This document shows, in pieces, positions 32,843 through 40,314 of a stretch of DNA of 45,923 nt (positions are counted from its first letter, which is position 1; each line of letters opens with the position of its first letter). The DNA comes from a virus. The stretch spans positions 1 through 45,923 of IMG/VR virus record IMGVR_UViG_3300045988_112896. One strand, 5' to 3'. The notes under the pieces were generated by a model. That model searched no databases and was not told where the DNA came from. It saw nothing but the letters and a program-made list of their open reading frames with translations. A program made the position numbers and the translations under genes.

Positions 32843-33228
32843 CGTCCTGCTGCCCCCTTTACTAATTCTTGATAAATCAAGTGAGTTAAAAGCCGTTCGG
32901 CTTGCGCTTCGGTATATTGCGCCCGTTCCCGCTCCGATTGCTCCAAAATGTCTCCCAGGTCAGCCACGGCAGAGCGGTTATAGTAATAGCAAGTATCTAA
33001 CACGCTGGGCAATCCCTGGCACCAATCCGCGAAAACCGTTTCATTGGTAAAACCTTTTGCGGCCTGGTATTCTAAGGAATACTGCTTTTCACTGGCGTGA
33101 ACTTCGAGAATGAAGCGGGAAACATTCTGGAAAGTGCAAGGGCCGGTAAAATCATAGCCGCAGGGGTCGAAGTGATCCAAAATGTATTGCCGCACATTCA
33201 AGCGAGCTTGTCTATTTGTCGTTTTCAT
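32839..33228 (-). CDS. Hypothetical protein (129 aa)
   Basis: ORF track. RBS GGAAGGGAG precedes it. It is the first gene behind island promoter 1. Confidence 0.55.
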   Translation of the reverse strand: MKTTNRQARLNVRQYILDHFDPCGYDFTGPCTFQNVSRFILEVHASEKQYSLEYQAAKGFTNETVFADWCQGLPSVLDTCYYYNRSAVADLGDILEQSERERAQYTEAQAERLLTHLIYQELVKGAAGR

Positions 33229-33292
33229 GTTTTACTCCCTTCCGGCCTGTCGGCCTATCGACTGGTAAACACTGAATTTATTTTGTGACTTC

Positions 33293-33321
33293 AATATACA
33301 CTGAATTTATTTTGTTGTCAA
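33293..33321 (-). promoter_or_regulatory. Island promoter 1 (drives the four-gene operon)
   Basis: The minus strand reads TTGACA (33321..33316), a 17-nt spacer, then TATATT (33298..33293). AAAATAAATTCAGTGT occurs twice, once in the spacer and again just downstream. Confidence 0.7.
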
Positions 33322-33493
33322 CCCCTTTTCACAAAATATTTTCAGTGCTTTTTCTGCCTATATAATGTATCCGAAAACTCAAAAGAAAATGAACGGCAAC
33401 GGCAGAAGACCAACCAACCCACCGGGAGCCAGCCGTGCCAGAACCGGCACCCGTTTACACCCTGGGGCCAGCCGGTCACCTTACCCGGCATGG

Positions 33494-33527
33494 AAAAAAG
33501 CCGCCGACCTCCTGAAAGATCGGCAGC
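33494..33527 (-). terminator. Intrinsic terminator downstream of terS
   Basis: The minus RNA folds as GCUGCCGA-loop-UCGGCGGC followed by UUUUUU. Confidence 0.7.
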
Positions 33528-33530
33528 TCG

Positions 33531-33598
33531 TCATAGTCGATAGTCGTTAAGGTTGGCGGCAAAGTCGATAGTCGCTAGGGTCATAGTCGATAGTCGCT
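33531..33598. repeat. Three direct repeats of AGTCGATAGTCG just downstream of terS
   Basis: The printed-strand string agtcgatagtcg occurs at 33535..33546, 33563..33574 and 33585..33596. A partial copy, tcatagtcgctagc, lies at 33611..33624 inside the terS 3' end. Confidence 0.8.
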
Positions 33599-34170
33599 TA
33601 CTCACCCTCGTCATAGTCGCTAGCAGAAGACTCAATATACTTCTGCTGTAATTCTTCCGGGGAAGCAGCTTCTCCAAGCTGGTTGTTGGGTGTCAACACC
33701 ACTTCCTGCTTGTCCTGATAGCCCATGTTGTTCTTCATGAGAAAGATACCAGCAACAGGATTAATCTTACCGTTCTGCATATAGTTTTCCATTTGAGCGT
33801 TCAAATTTTGATACGCCTTTTTTATAAGGTGGCGGCTTTGGGCGGGAATATAGGCACTATCGACATTATTAAGCCACTTCCACAGAGTTGTTCTATCCAC
33901 TCCAAAGGCACAGGCCATACCAGCAACACTCGGTTTCATATCGTCCTCAATACAAATACCGAAATATTGCCTAATCCTCTCAGAAACCTGTTCAGGCTCT
34001 CTCATATCCACTTCCGGCCAATCCCACATTCTCATGGTGTGTTGCAGATACTTCCGATTATCACCGGGGTCAGCATGAACACTTACCGCATCAGTTCGGT
34101 CAGGTCGCTTATTCCCGCCAGTTCCCTTCGGACGGCCACGCCCTCTCTTCGGAACTAATTCTTCACTCAT
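33598..34170 (-). CDS. terS: Terminase small subunit
   Basis: 190-aa ORF with a basic N-terminus, the HTH-like segment SVAGMACAFGVDRTTLWKW, and NPVAGIFLMKNNMGYQDKQE, which is typical of TerS families. Confidence 0.75.
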   Translation of the reverse strand: MSEELVPKRGRGRPKGTGGNKRPDRTDAVSVHADPGDNRKYLQHTMRMWDWPEVDMREPEQVSERIRQYFGICIEDDMKPSVAGMACAFGVDRTTLWKWLNNVDSAYIPAQSRHLIKKAYQNLNAQMENYMQNGKINPVAGIFLMKNNMGYQDKQEVVLTPNNQLGEAASPEELQQKYIESSASDYDEGE

Positions 34171-34175
34171 TTTGA

Positions 34176-34300
34176 TTCTCCTTTCTTGGTGAGTTTGGTG
34201 AATGATTTTCGGATTTTGCCATAAATCCTCTTATAGTACTCTCTATATAGGGACTTTATAGTAAAAACCTGAAATGATTCACCAAATACACCAAAAACAC
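34176..34300 (-). promoter_or_regulatory. Dyad element, copy B (5' leader or upstream region of terS)
   Basis: Homologous to 10134..10263. The arms 34187..34211 and 34271..34293 are inverted copies of each other. It shares the RBS block AGAAAGGAGAA with copy A. Confidence 0.7.
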
Positions 34301-34339
34301 TAATTATATTCAGTTTTTGCTAAAAACATTCAGTGGTCA

Positions 34340-35035
34340 CTAAATATATCTCACTCTTCTGCCATTCTTTGCGAACTCATTGAAAATGACGCTCACAGTC
34401 AGTCTCCCGATGTTCCCAACAAAGTCGCAGTGGAAATGTTCTTTGTCCATTTCAGTGAAACAGTTGCCGAGATCAATGACCAAATCTTTCGTGTTGAAAC
34501 AGGGATATTGCGTTAGCTCAGGAGTCGCATAGATGACCACATCTCTGTCCTCAGTCGCTCGAAACAGGTCAGCAGTTTTGGAATGAGCAACGGTCACAGT
34601 CGCATCATTTTCAATCAATGCCTGAGCCAGTCCCTTAACCGCATGACCCCGACCTACGATGGTGATAGTCTTTCCAACCACCAATCCCTGTCTCAACAAA
34701 AGGTACAATATCCCCAGGGCTACGCACGATGTTCCGGGAGCTTTGATATTATCAATGTCCACATCAGAAGTGAGCGGGTATCCCTTTGTGCCGGGAAATT
34801 CCGTGTCGGCTACGACTCCGGTATAGGGTGGGGAAACCTTACCGAAGTCACACACAAGTCCCATAGAGTCAGCTTTGCGCTTAATGGCATTCAGGAAGAT
34901 ACTATCCTTCTGGCCCAGCAGCAAGAGCTTACCTGGAGTGTCAGCGTAAAGTTCCTTGGTCTGAGCGTCCAGGCTTTTGCAGAGCTGGTCAATTCTCTTT
35001 TGAATGTCCATATCGAGTAGACTCCTTTTGCTCAC
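34340..35035 (-). CDS. FolD-like methylenetetrahydrofolate dehydrogenase/cyclohydrolase homologue
   Basis: GKTITIVGRGHAVKGLAQALIENDATVTVAHSKTADL...DVVIYATPEL...VIDLG matches the FolD C-terminal NAD(P)-binding domain pattern (GK..VVIGRS..VG.P...LL...ATVT.CHS.T). Confidence 0.65.
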   Translation of the reverse strand: MSKRSLLDMDIQKRIDQLCKSLDAQTKELYADTPGKLLLLGQKDSIFLNAIKRKADSMGLVCDFGKVSPPYTGVVADTEFPGTKGYPLTSDVDIDNIKAPGTSCVALGILYLLLRQGLVVGKTITIVGRGHAVKGLAQALIENDATVTVAHSKTADLFRATEDRDVVIYATPELTQYPCFNTKDLVIDLGNCFTEMDKEHFHCDFVGNIGRLTVSVIFNEFAKNGRRVRYI

Positions 35036-35438
35036 GAGCTTCTTTGTTTTTCATGACAAACTCATGAAACAGATAGAGGTGTTTCACGGCTTCTCGCATC
35101 TCTTCCCCGGAAGAAACGAAATCTGTTGCCGGGAGCTTTTCAAGGTCGTTGGTGAGCCGTATCATTCTACGGTAGAGTTTGACCTTCTCATTTTCCGCTT
35201 GCATCTCAGGAACAACCTTGTAAAAATCTGCTTCCCTGGTATTGAACTCGAAACCGTCTTCGCAAACCACTTTGGTTCTCTTGGGAGTGATTCTCTGAAT
35301 GACATGAGAGTGATAGAAAGTCAAGCCAGTATCTTGCGCCCAGCCGTAGCGGATAATCTCTCGTGTGCAAAACTTCATTCCGACTCGAAGATCATCTTTC
35401 GGAATGATTTCCTCGAACTCATTTCTTTTGTAAAGCAC
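34989..35438 (-). CDS. Hypothetical protein (149 aa)
   Basis: ORF track only. Confidence 0.5.
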   Translation of the reverse strand: MLYKRNEFEEIIPKDDLRVGMKFCTREIIRYGWAQDTGLTFYHSHVIQRITPKRTKVVCEDGFEFNTREADFYKVVPEMQAENEKVKLYRRMIRLTNDLEKLPATDFVSSGEEMREAVKHLYLFHEFVMKNKEAREQKESTRYGHSKEN

Positions 35439-35634
35439 TGTTCCGTACCTCCCTCCCGATGGTGGAAATATTTTCAGTGTGAAGAGAAAGCATTTTCTCC
35501 CTTACCAATTTATCCACCACCTGACCGATTTCATTGTATCCGCACATTACCCTCAGCCGTTCAAGGTTATAAACAGACTGAGAAGCAATCAGCATGGAAA
35601 CCCGGCGCAGATTCTTCTTACCCAACTCACACAC
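35419..35634 (-). CDS. Hypothetical small protein (71 aa; possible ribbon-helix-helix DNA binder)
   Basis: ORF track. KNLRRVSMLIASQSVYNLERL resembles an RHH strand-helix start. This is a weak assignment. Confidence 0.4.
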   Translation of the reverse strand: MCELGKKNLRRVSMLIASQSVYNLERLRVMCGYNEIGQVVDKLVREKMLSLHTENISTIGREVRNSALQKK

Positions 35635-37132
35635 TTCCCTTCAAACGAATATCCCGGTAGGAGGGATAGCCAGCATAGACGGTCTTACCGCTATGCCACT
35701 CAGGGTGAGTTTCCATGTCGGCATTGAACCGCTTTGCGCTGCACACAAAGTAGCCGTTGGACTTGCACCAAATCTTATAGGCATCATACATGGACTTGGC
35801 TCGGGTGACTACGCCCTCAACCTTTTCGCACTTCTCTTCCAGGAATTGCAGAACCAGGTCGTTGTCCTTCTCATACTGCTTGATTACCTTCCGCATCTCA
35901 GGGGACATTTTCAGGCCGAACCGCTTGTACTTGAAGTAGCCCTCCAAGAGCCAGGTGAAAATGCCTTGCATGGCTTCGGGAGTCTGGAACTCGTTTTTTA
36001 AGTTCTTGTCCTGCTCGTCCTCAGAAAAGTGGCGGTTGAACTCGATAACCCGCACACGGTCAGAAGCGAACAGACTCTTGTCATTGACAGAGGGAAGGTC
36101 ATTGCAGGAAAGCCAAAGCGTGAACTGAGGGAGGAAGGTAGCCGCAGCTTCATAAAGGTTCCGGGCCTTGATTTCCTCACCACCGGTAAGCTGCTTAATG
36201 GTTTCCTCGTCCAGCTTGCCATACTGATTGCTCTCAGCCATGGTCACAAACCGCTTACCTTTTAGAGAAGCAAGCATGGGGTTGGCGGCTTCTGCATTCT
36301 TGGAACGGTCAGATTTGCAGATGATCGACACGGGGGAGACAGACGCATAATCGCCCAGGAGATGGTGAATAGCACTCAACATGGTAGACTTGCCGTTTCT
36401 GGTAGTCTTGCCGTGAAGAATGAACATACATTCCTCGTTTGCCATGCCCAGCATCGAGTAGCCCAGGGCCTTTTGCAGATAGTCAGCCTTGTCCTGGTCA
36501 TTACAGGTAACTTCCTGAATAAACCGCTCCCACCGAGGGCACTTAGCGTCTTGCAGAGTGTAATCGAAATTGGTCTGCATGGTCAGAAAGTCGTGCCAGT
36601 CATGCTCCCGGAACTCCATTTTTTGAAGATCATAGGTTCCGTTCAGGCAGTTAATGAGAAAGGGGTTTGCGTCAAACTCGCCGGAAGCGATAGGCATAAC
36701 ACTGGCAGCGTCTTTCATGAGCCGGTCACGGAAACGCCGGTCACCCATTTTCGCAATGAACTTCATGTACTCTCTTCGGCGGTCTTCGTTATCAATCTCT
36801 CCGCAATAAAGAGCCATCAGGCGGCAAAATTCCTTGATCTTCTCAGCTACCAGTAGAGAGCCAATGTCTTTTCTCCATGCTCCCTGAGAGTAGGTGAACC
36901 AGCACTTTGCTTCCGGGCAGTACCGGGTATCATTCTGGTAACACTCGGAAAACAGTTCGGCCATACCGGACTCGTCCCAAGAATAGCCGGTACTACTGAT
37001 TTGGTGACTTCGCTCAGGTTGAGCTTCCTTGATGTAAAACATCTTGCGAGATAAATCCTCGTCCATGATGTACCGGCCATTGGAGAGCTGAAAAAGCTCC
37101 TGCTCTTCCTGATTCAAGATTTCATCTACCAT
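35627..37132 (-). CDS. D5/P4-type primase-helicase (SF3 NTPase)
   Basis: 501-aa ORF with Walker A HGKTTRNGKST and a D5_N-like region upstream. This is typical of the phage/plasmid primase P4-family C-terminal domain. Confidence 0.85.
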   Translation of the reverse strand: MVDEILNQEEQELFQLSNGRYIMDEDLSRKMFYIKEAQPERSHQISSTGYSWDESGMAELFSECYQNDTRYCPEAKCWFTYSQGAWRKDIGSLLVAEKIKEFCRLMALYCGEIDNEDRRREYMKFIAKMGDRRFRDRLMKDAASVMPIASGEFDANPFLINCLNGTYDLQKMEFREHDWHDFLTMQTNFDYTLQDAKCPRWERFIQEVTCNDQDKADYLQKALGYSMLGMANEECMFILHGKTTRNGKSTMLSAIHHLLGDYASVSPVSIICKSDRSKNAEAANPMLASLKGKRFVTMAESNQYGKLDEETIKQLTGGEEIKARNLYEAAATFLPQFTLWLSCNDLPSVNDKSLFASDRVRVIEFNRHFSEDEQDKNLKNEFQTPEAMQGIFTWLLEGYFKYKRFGLKMSPEMRKVIKQYEKDNDLVLQFLEEKCEKVEGVVTRAKSMYDAYKIWCKSNGYFVCSAKRFNADMETHPEWHSGKTVYAGYPSYRDIRLKGSV

Positions 37133-37277
37133 TTTTCGTCACCTTCCTCATTGATTTGGCTATTACCAGCATCGAACAAGCTTGAGCGTCTTCGTCCCAC
37201 CACGCACATTTCTCTTCGCAACAATGCAAAACTTCGTCAGCAGAAGCATTGAGAGGACAGTATTTCTTATTCTCCAT
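37122..37277 (-). CDS. Cys-rich mini-protein (51 aa)
   Basis: My own translation gives MENKKYCPLNASADEVLHCCEEKCAWWDEDAQACSMLVIAKSMRKVTKNGR. Its stop overlaps the primase-helicase start. It is below the ORF-track cutoff. Confidence 0.5.
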   Translation of the reverse strand: MENKKYCPLNASADEVLHCCEEKCAWWDEDAQACSMLVIAKSMRKVTKNGR

Positions 37278-37280
37278 CGT

Positions 37281-37628
37281 TTACACCCCCCCATAGAAGA
37301 AAGCGTTCTTGAGAGCCGTATCGACATGGGCCATGATCTGTGGCGGCAGAGTACAAATGTATTTCCAGTCATCGGTCACATCGACCACACGGACTTGCTC
37401 ACACTCAACCATGCTGGGTTCGAGCTTTTCCCAAGTGACAGCGATATGAGTGGGAAGCTCCATCTTCTTGAACTTGGTGGTCAGGGGTACCACAATGGAA
37501 GTAGGAGAGAACTGGTTTCCCACATTGTTCTGAACGATCAGCCAGGGGCGGCAACCTCCCTGAACATGGCTTTTCTCAGGGATAGGAAGGTTGATGATGA
37601 CAACATCTCCACGCTGGTAAGGTTTCAT
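37281..37628 (-). CDS. MazF/PemK-family endoribonuclease toxin homologue
   Basis: MKPYQRGDVVIINLP...VQGGCRPWLIVQNNVGNQFSPTSIVVPLTT...LPTHI closely follows the MazF/EndoA pattern (RGDV..L.P..G.EQGG.RP.L.IQN..GN.FSPT.IV..IT). Confidence 0.85.
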   Translation of the reverse strand: MKPYQRGDVVIINLPIPEKSHVQGGCRPWLIVQNNVGNQFSPTSIVVPLTTKFKKMELPTHIAVTWEKLEPSMVECEQVRVVDVTDDWKYICTLPPQIMAHVDTALKNAFFYGGV

Positions 37629-37630
37629 AA

Positions 37631-37804
37631 TTACCTCCAATATCTGAAACGGTCGAAGAAACCTATTTGATTTCTTCTATCCTTTTTAATAGCCTCTTTG
37701 GTTTTCTGCCACTCTTCGCATTCTTTCTTGTACCTATCGCAGGAAGCGTGACAGTTTTCGGTTCGGAAATGACAGTCATGGCAACACTTGATGGTGCTTT
37801 TCAT
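37631..37804 (-). CDS. Cys/His-rich mini-protein (57 aa) immediately upstream of the MazF-like gene
   Basis: My own translation gives MKSTIKCCHDCHFRTENCHASCDRYKKECEEWQKTKEAIKKDRRNQIGFFDRFRYWR. The RBS is GGAGGTAGCT. Its last codons provide the RBS of the MazF-like gene. Confidence 0.55.
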   Translation of the reverse strand: MKSTIKCCHDCHFRTENCHASCDRYKKECEEWQKTKEAIKKDRRNQIGFFDRFRYWR

Positions 37805-37806
37805 AG

Positions 37807-38592
37807 CTACCTCCTGTACCTTGTAACGCTGTTTACGATCTGCTTCACTTCGGAGCGGGGCAAAGAAGGTTTACAGGCAACAGAATTTGCATACAGGAGT
37901 TCTTTGTAGATTTCCGACTTGGAATACCCCTGATTGTGCATCTGTCCTGCCAGTGAAGTCAGACTCAAATTCCGGCTACCGGTTGTGATGGGAGGATATT
38001 CCGGTTTGAGAGAGATTTTCCCTTTTTCCGGTTTGTGGTAAATCGGAGAATATATCCGCTGCGGGGAAGAGCTGCCGGTATTGTCTTTGGGAATGTCCTG
38101 AAAATACTTGGATACGATGTAATCAATCGCTTCCTGGTTTTCAACGATCTTGGAATAAATCAGAACATTTCCGGTCATGATGAAATAGCGGCCATCTCTG
38201 TAAATCTCCACACCATTTCGATTATTCCGGCCCTTGAAGGGGAGAAAACCTCTCACCAGAATATGAATCCCTCTTCCGCTTCGGCTTTTCTCCGTATAAG
38301 AATGGCACCTTCCGACAATATCTCCTGTCATAGAATTCAGAAACCCGTCCTGGTCAAACCCCATGTCCAAGTCGATACCGACCAGATTGGTGTCATGAAA
38401 CACATAGCCCAGGCCGTCATAGGTTCCGTTTACAACGGCTTTCTCAGCGGCTTCAAAGGAAGACCATGTATCAGGAAGGGAAGAAGAAGCGGCTTTTTTG
38501 ATAGATGACTGCATGGGTATCTTAGAGTTATTCCAGACATTCACCCATGCTTTTTCCTGTTTCAATTCAGGCGGGAGGTTTTCATATTTCAT
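37807..38592 (-). CDS. Primase-polymerase (AEP/PrimPol) with PriCT-1-like C-terminus
   Basis: GIDLD...SRSGRGIHILV...GVEIYRDGRYFIMTG is the bifunctional prim-pol core. The C-terminal segment GSRNLSLTSLAGQMHNQGYSKSEI is PriCT-like. Confidence 0.8.
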   Translation of the reverse strand: MKYENLPPELKQEKAWVNVWNNSKIPMQSSIKKAASSSLPDTWSSFEAAEKAVVNGTYDGLGYVFHDTNLVGIDLDMGFDQDGFLNSMTGDIVGRCHSYTEKSRSGRGIHILVRGFLPFKGRNNRNGVEIYRDGRYFIMTGNVLIYSKIVENQEAIDYIVSKYFQDIPKDNTGSSSPQRIYSPIYHKPEKGKISLKPEYPPITTGSRNLSLTSLAGQMHNQGYSKSEIYKELLYANSVACKPSLPRSEVKQIVNSVTRYRR

Positions 38593-38601
38593 GGGACTAC
38601 C

Positions 38602-39137
38602 TCAGCTTTCATAAGGTGACAGCAAACTCCAATCCCAGGTCTGTCCACCTTTATACTCATTTCGGAAGTAATTTCTCTTTCCATCACCGAAAAAGAAAAG
38701 GTAATCCGATGGAAGCACTCGACCTACATCAGACTCTCCCGCTTTCTCGTCAAAGTATCTGGTCAAAACATCTTCACACAGAGATTTCAGAGTTTCGTCA
38801 ACAGGATTATCAGGGGAATATCCTGCGAACTGGTAAGGCGCATTTACAACTTCGAGGATTCCTTTCCCGTAAGCGTCACACCGATTCAGAACACACCACA
38901 CACAAGCTGCCTTTTCCGTATCAGAGGGAACACCTCTCGCTTCTCCCCACAGCATTTGAGCCAGGGCCACGGCTTCTTCTTCGCTCCAAAGCGAGAGAAA
39001 AAGGGAGAAGGAGATTGTGAGATAACCGGACTTTCGGGAGGTTCTGTGATAGGCTCTGACGAAATCACTTCTGATTCATTGGAACAGGCCACTAAGACCA
39101 GAAGAAAAATCGCCAGAGCCAAACACAATTTACTCAT
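38602..39137 (-). pseudogene. SleB-like cell-wall hydrolase lipoprotein; signal peptide and catalytic domain lie in different frames
   Basis: ORF 38886..39137 starts MSKLCLALAIFLLVLVACSNE (lipobox). The frame of ORF 38602..38970 reads SEEEAVALAQMLWGEARG...VWCVLNR (SleB/Hydrolase_2). The frames can be joined at the T5 run (printed A5 38998..39002) by adding one T. Confidence 0.65.
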
Positions 39138-39354
39138 TCTCAGGTTCCTTTTTCTTGGTTGCCCTGGTTTTCTTCATGGCAAAGAAGAACTTATTGTCTA
39201 CGCATACCGGGTAACCGGGAAAGCGGTTACTGGCCCTACGCTTTCCGTTGTCATAGATTTTCTGAGCTTCCTCGAACGGCATTTCCCCAGAAACATGATC
39301 GACTCTGGCAACCATGATATAGGGAACTTTCCCGTTATTGTTCACGAATGTCAT
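39130..39354 (-). CDS. Hypothetical protein (74 aa)
   Basis: Tracked ORF 39130..39393 trimmed to MTFVNNNG. Confidence 0.45.
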   Translation of the reverse strand: MTFVNNNGKVPYIMVARVDHVSGEMPFEEAQKIYDNGKRRASNRFPGYPVCVDNKFFFAMKKTRATKKKEPENE

Positions 39355-39685
39355 ACAGACTTCCCCTTTCTCGGTTCCACTGTTCCACATCAACGCCGAT
39401 CTTTTTCAGCATCTCTTTACAGAGCCAAGGATACTCTTCCGGCATCTCGTAATGCTGAACCAAACGGTCATGTTCGGCAGCAAATGCTTCATAGAATTTC
39501 CGAAGACGCTTAGGGCCAAAACCCAGGTGAACAGACAGGGTGTAAAGAACCATTGCGTCAATGTCATCGGTATATCTCTTATCGGCTTCAATGATTTGGC
39601 GGTTGATTTCCATTTCCATTGCCTTGCGTTCAGCCGCCGTAAAAGTAGCCCCGTAGACCTTTCCACCGGCTTTCTTCACAAGCAT
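39335..39685 (-). CDS. Hypothetical protein (116 aa)
   Basis: ORF track only. Confidence 0.5.
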   Translation of the reverse strand: MLVKKAGGKVYGATFTAAERKAMEMEINRQIIEADKRYTDDIDAMVLYTLSVHLGFGPKRLRKFYEAFAAEHDRLVQHYEMPEEYPWLCKEMLKKIGVDVEQWNRERGSLYDIREQ

Positions 39686-39687
39686 GG

Positions 39688-40312
39688 TCAGCTCACCTCA
39701 ATGTCTTCAAAGAACACGGGGTAATGGGCCAGGAGAATGTCATAGACCATCTTTGCGACTATACGCATATCCGGGTGGGCGGCGGGAGCACAACGCAGAC
39801 GCAGGAAATGTCTCCACTCCCTCATGTTGGCCGTCATAACAACCTCGGTCTTGAGGGAATTGGGGAGGACAGAACGAGCTTCCTGGGGACTCTGGCCGAA
39901 AGTGAGAAGGTCAAAGTAGGCTTCCTCCGCACAATGACAGGCATCTTTCCAAATATCCCAGCCGGGGTCTCCCTCCGAACACCAAGAGGGTTTGATAACA
40001 GTGATCTCACCGCCGAAACCGTCCTTGGAGTAATTACAGTACCGGGTAGATTCCTGACAGTAAGCCGCTAACCGATGACGGACAATTTCATGGCTCACGC
40101 CACGGTCACAGGTAATACGGAGCGTAACGCTTCCATGTTCGATGACCGCTTCATGACCTCTCTTCAAGAGGTTGCGGATAAACTTCTCAGCACTGTCGGA
40201 AGTGATCTTGTTTTCCGACTTGTAACAGGTGCGTCCGGCCTGTTCTATCAGAGAGAAGATTGTGATAATCAGGAGCATTGACAAGCTCCACCTTGGGTTC
40301 AATGATTTTCAT
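39688..40312 (-). pseudogene. thyX: FAD-dependent thymidylate synthase ThyX with a frameshift after about codon 17
   Basis: The ThyX signature RHRLAAYCQESTRY (RHRxxSxxxxSxRY) lies in frame 39688..40302. The natural N-terminus MKIIEPKVELVNAPDY, with RBS GGAAGGAG, is in another frame (ATG 40312) that stops at 40187. The frames meet at CACAATCTTCTCTCTG (about 40245..40270). Confidence 0.75.
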
Positions 40313-40314
40313 AG

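Larger units (their letters stand above)
29722..33530 (-). other. Accessory (moron-like) island between terS and terL with its own promoters and terminators
   Basis: The island is bounded by terminators 33494..33527 and 29722..29760. It contains two consensus promoters, two operons and about 0.4 kb of non-coding DNA. None of its genes is a standard packaging gene. Confidence 0.55.

Noticed and set aside
33365-33550. 61-aa + strand ORF, and a 49-aa minus ORF, in the GC-rich segment downstream of terS
   Set aside because: Neither has a properly spaced RBS. The region is better explained by the terS terminator and flanking structured DNA. There is a TATAAT on the + strand (33360..33365), but the -35 match is poor.
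33531-33625. Possible CRISPR-like array from the AGTCGATAGTCG repeats
   Set aside because: There are only three 12-nt repeats with 10-16-nt intervals of unequal length. Repeats and spacers are far too short, and there are no cas genes. No CRISPR array was seen anywhere in the window.
37163-37372. 69-aa minus ORF overlapping the MazF 3' end
   Set aside because: It overlaps the MazF-like gene out of frame and also overlaps the better-supported 51-aa Cys-rich ORF. It has no RBS.
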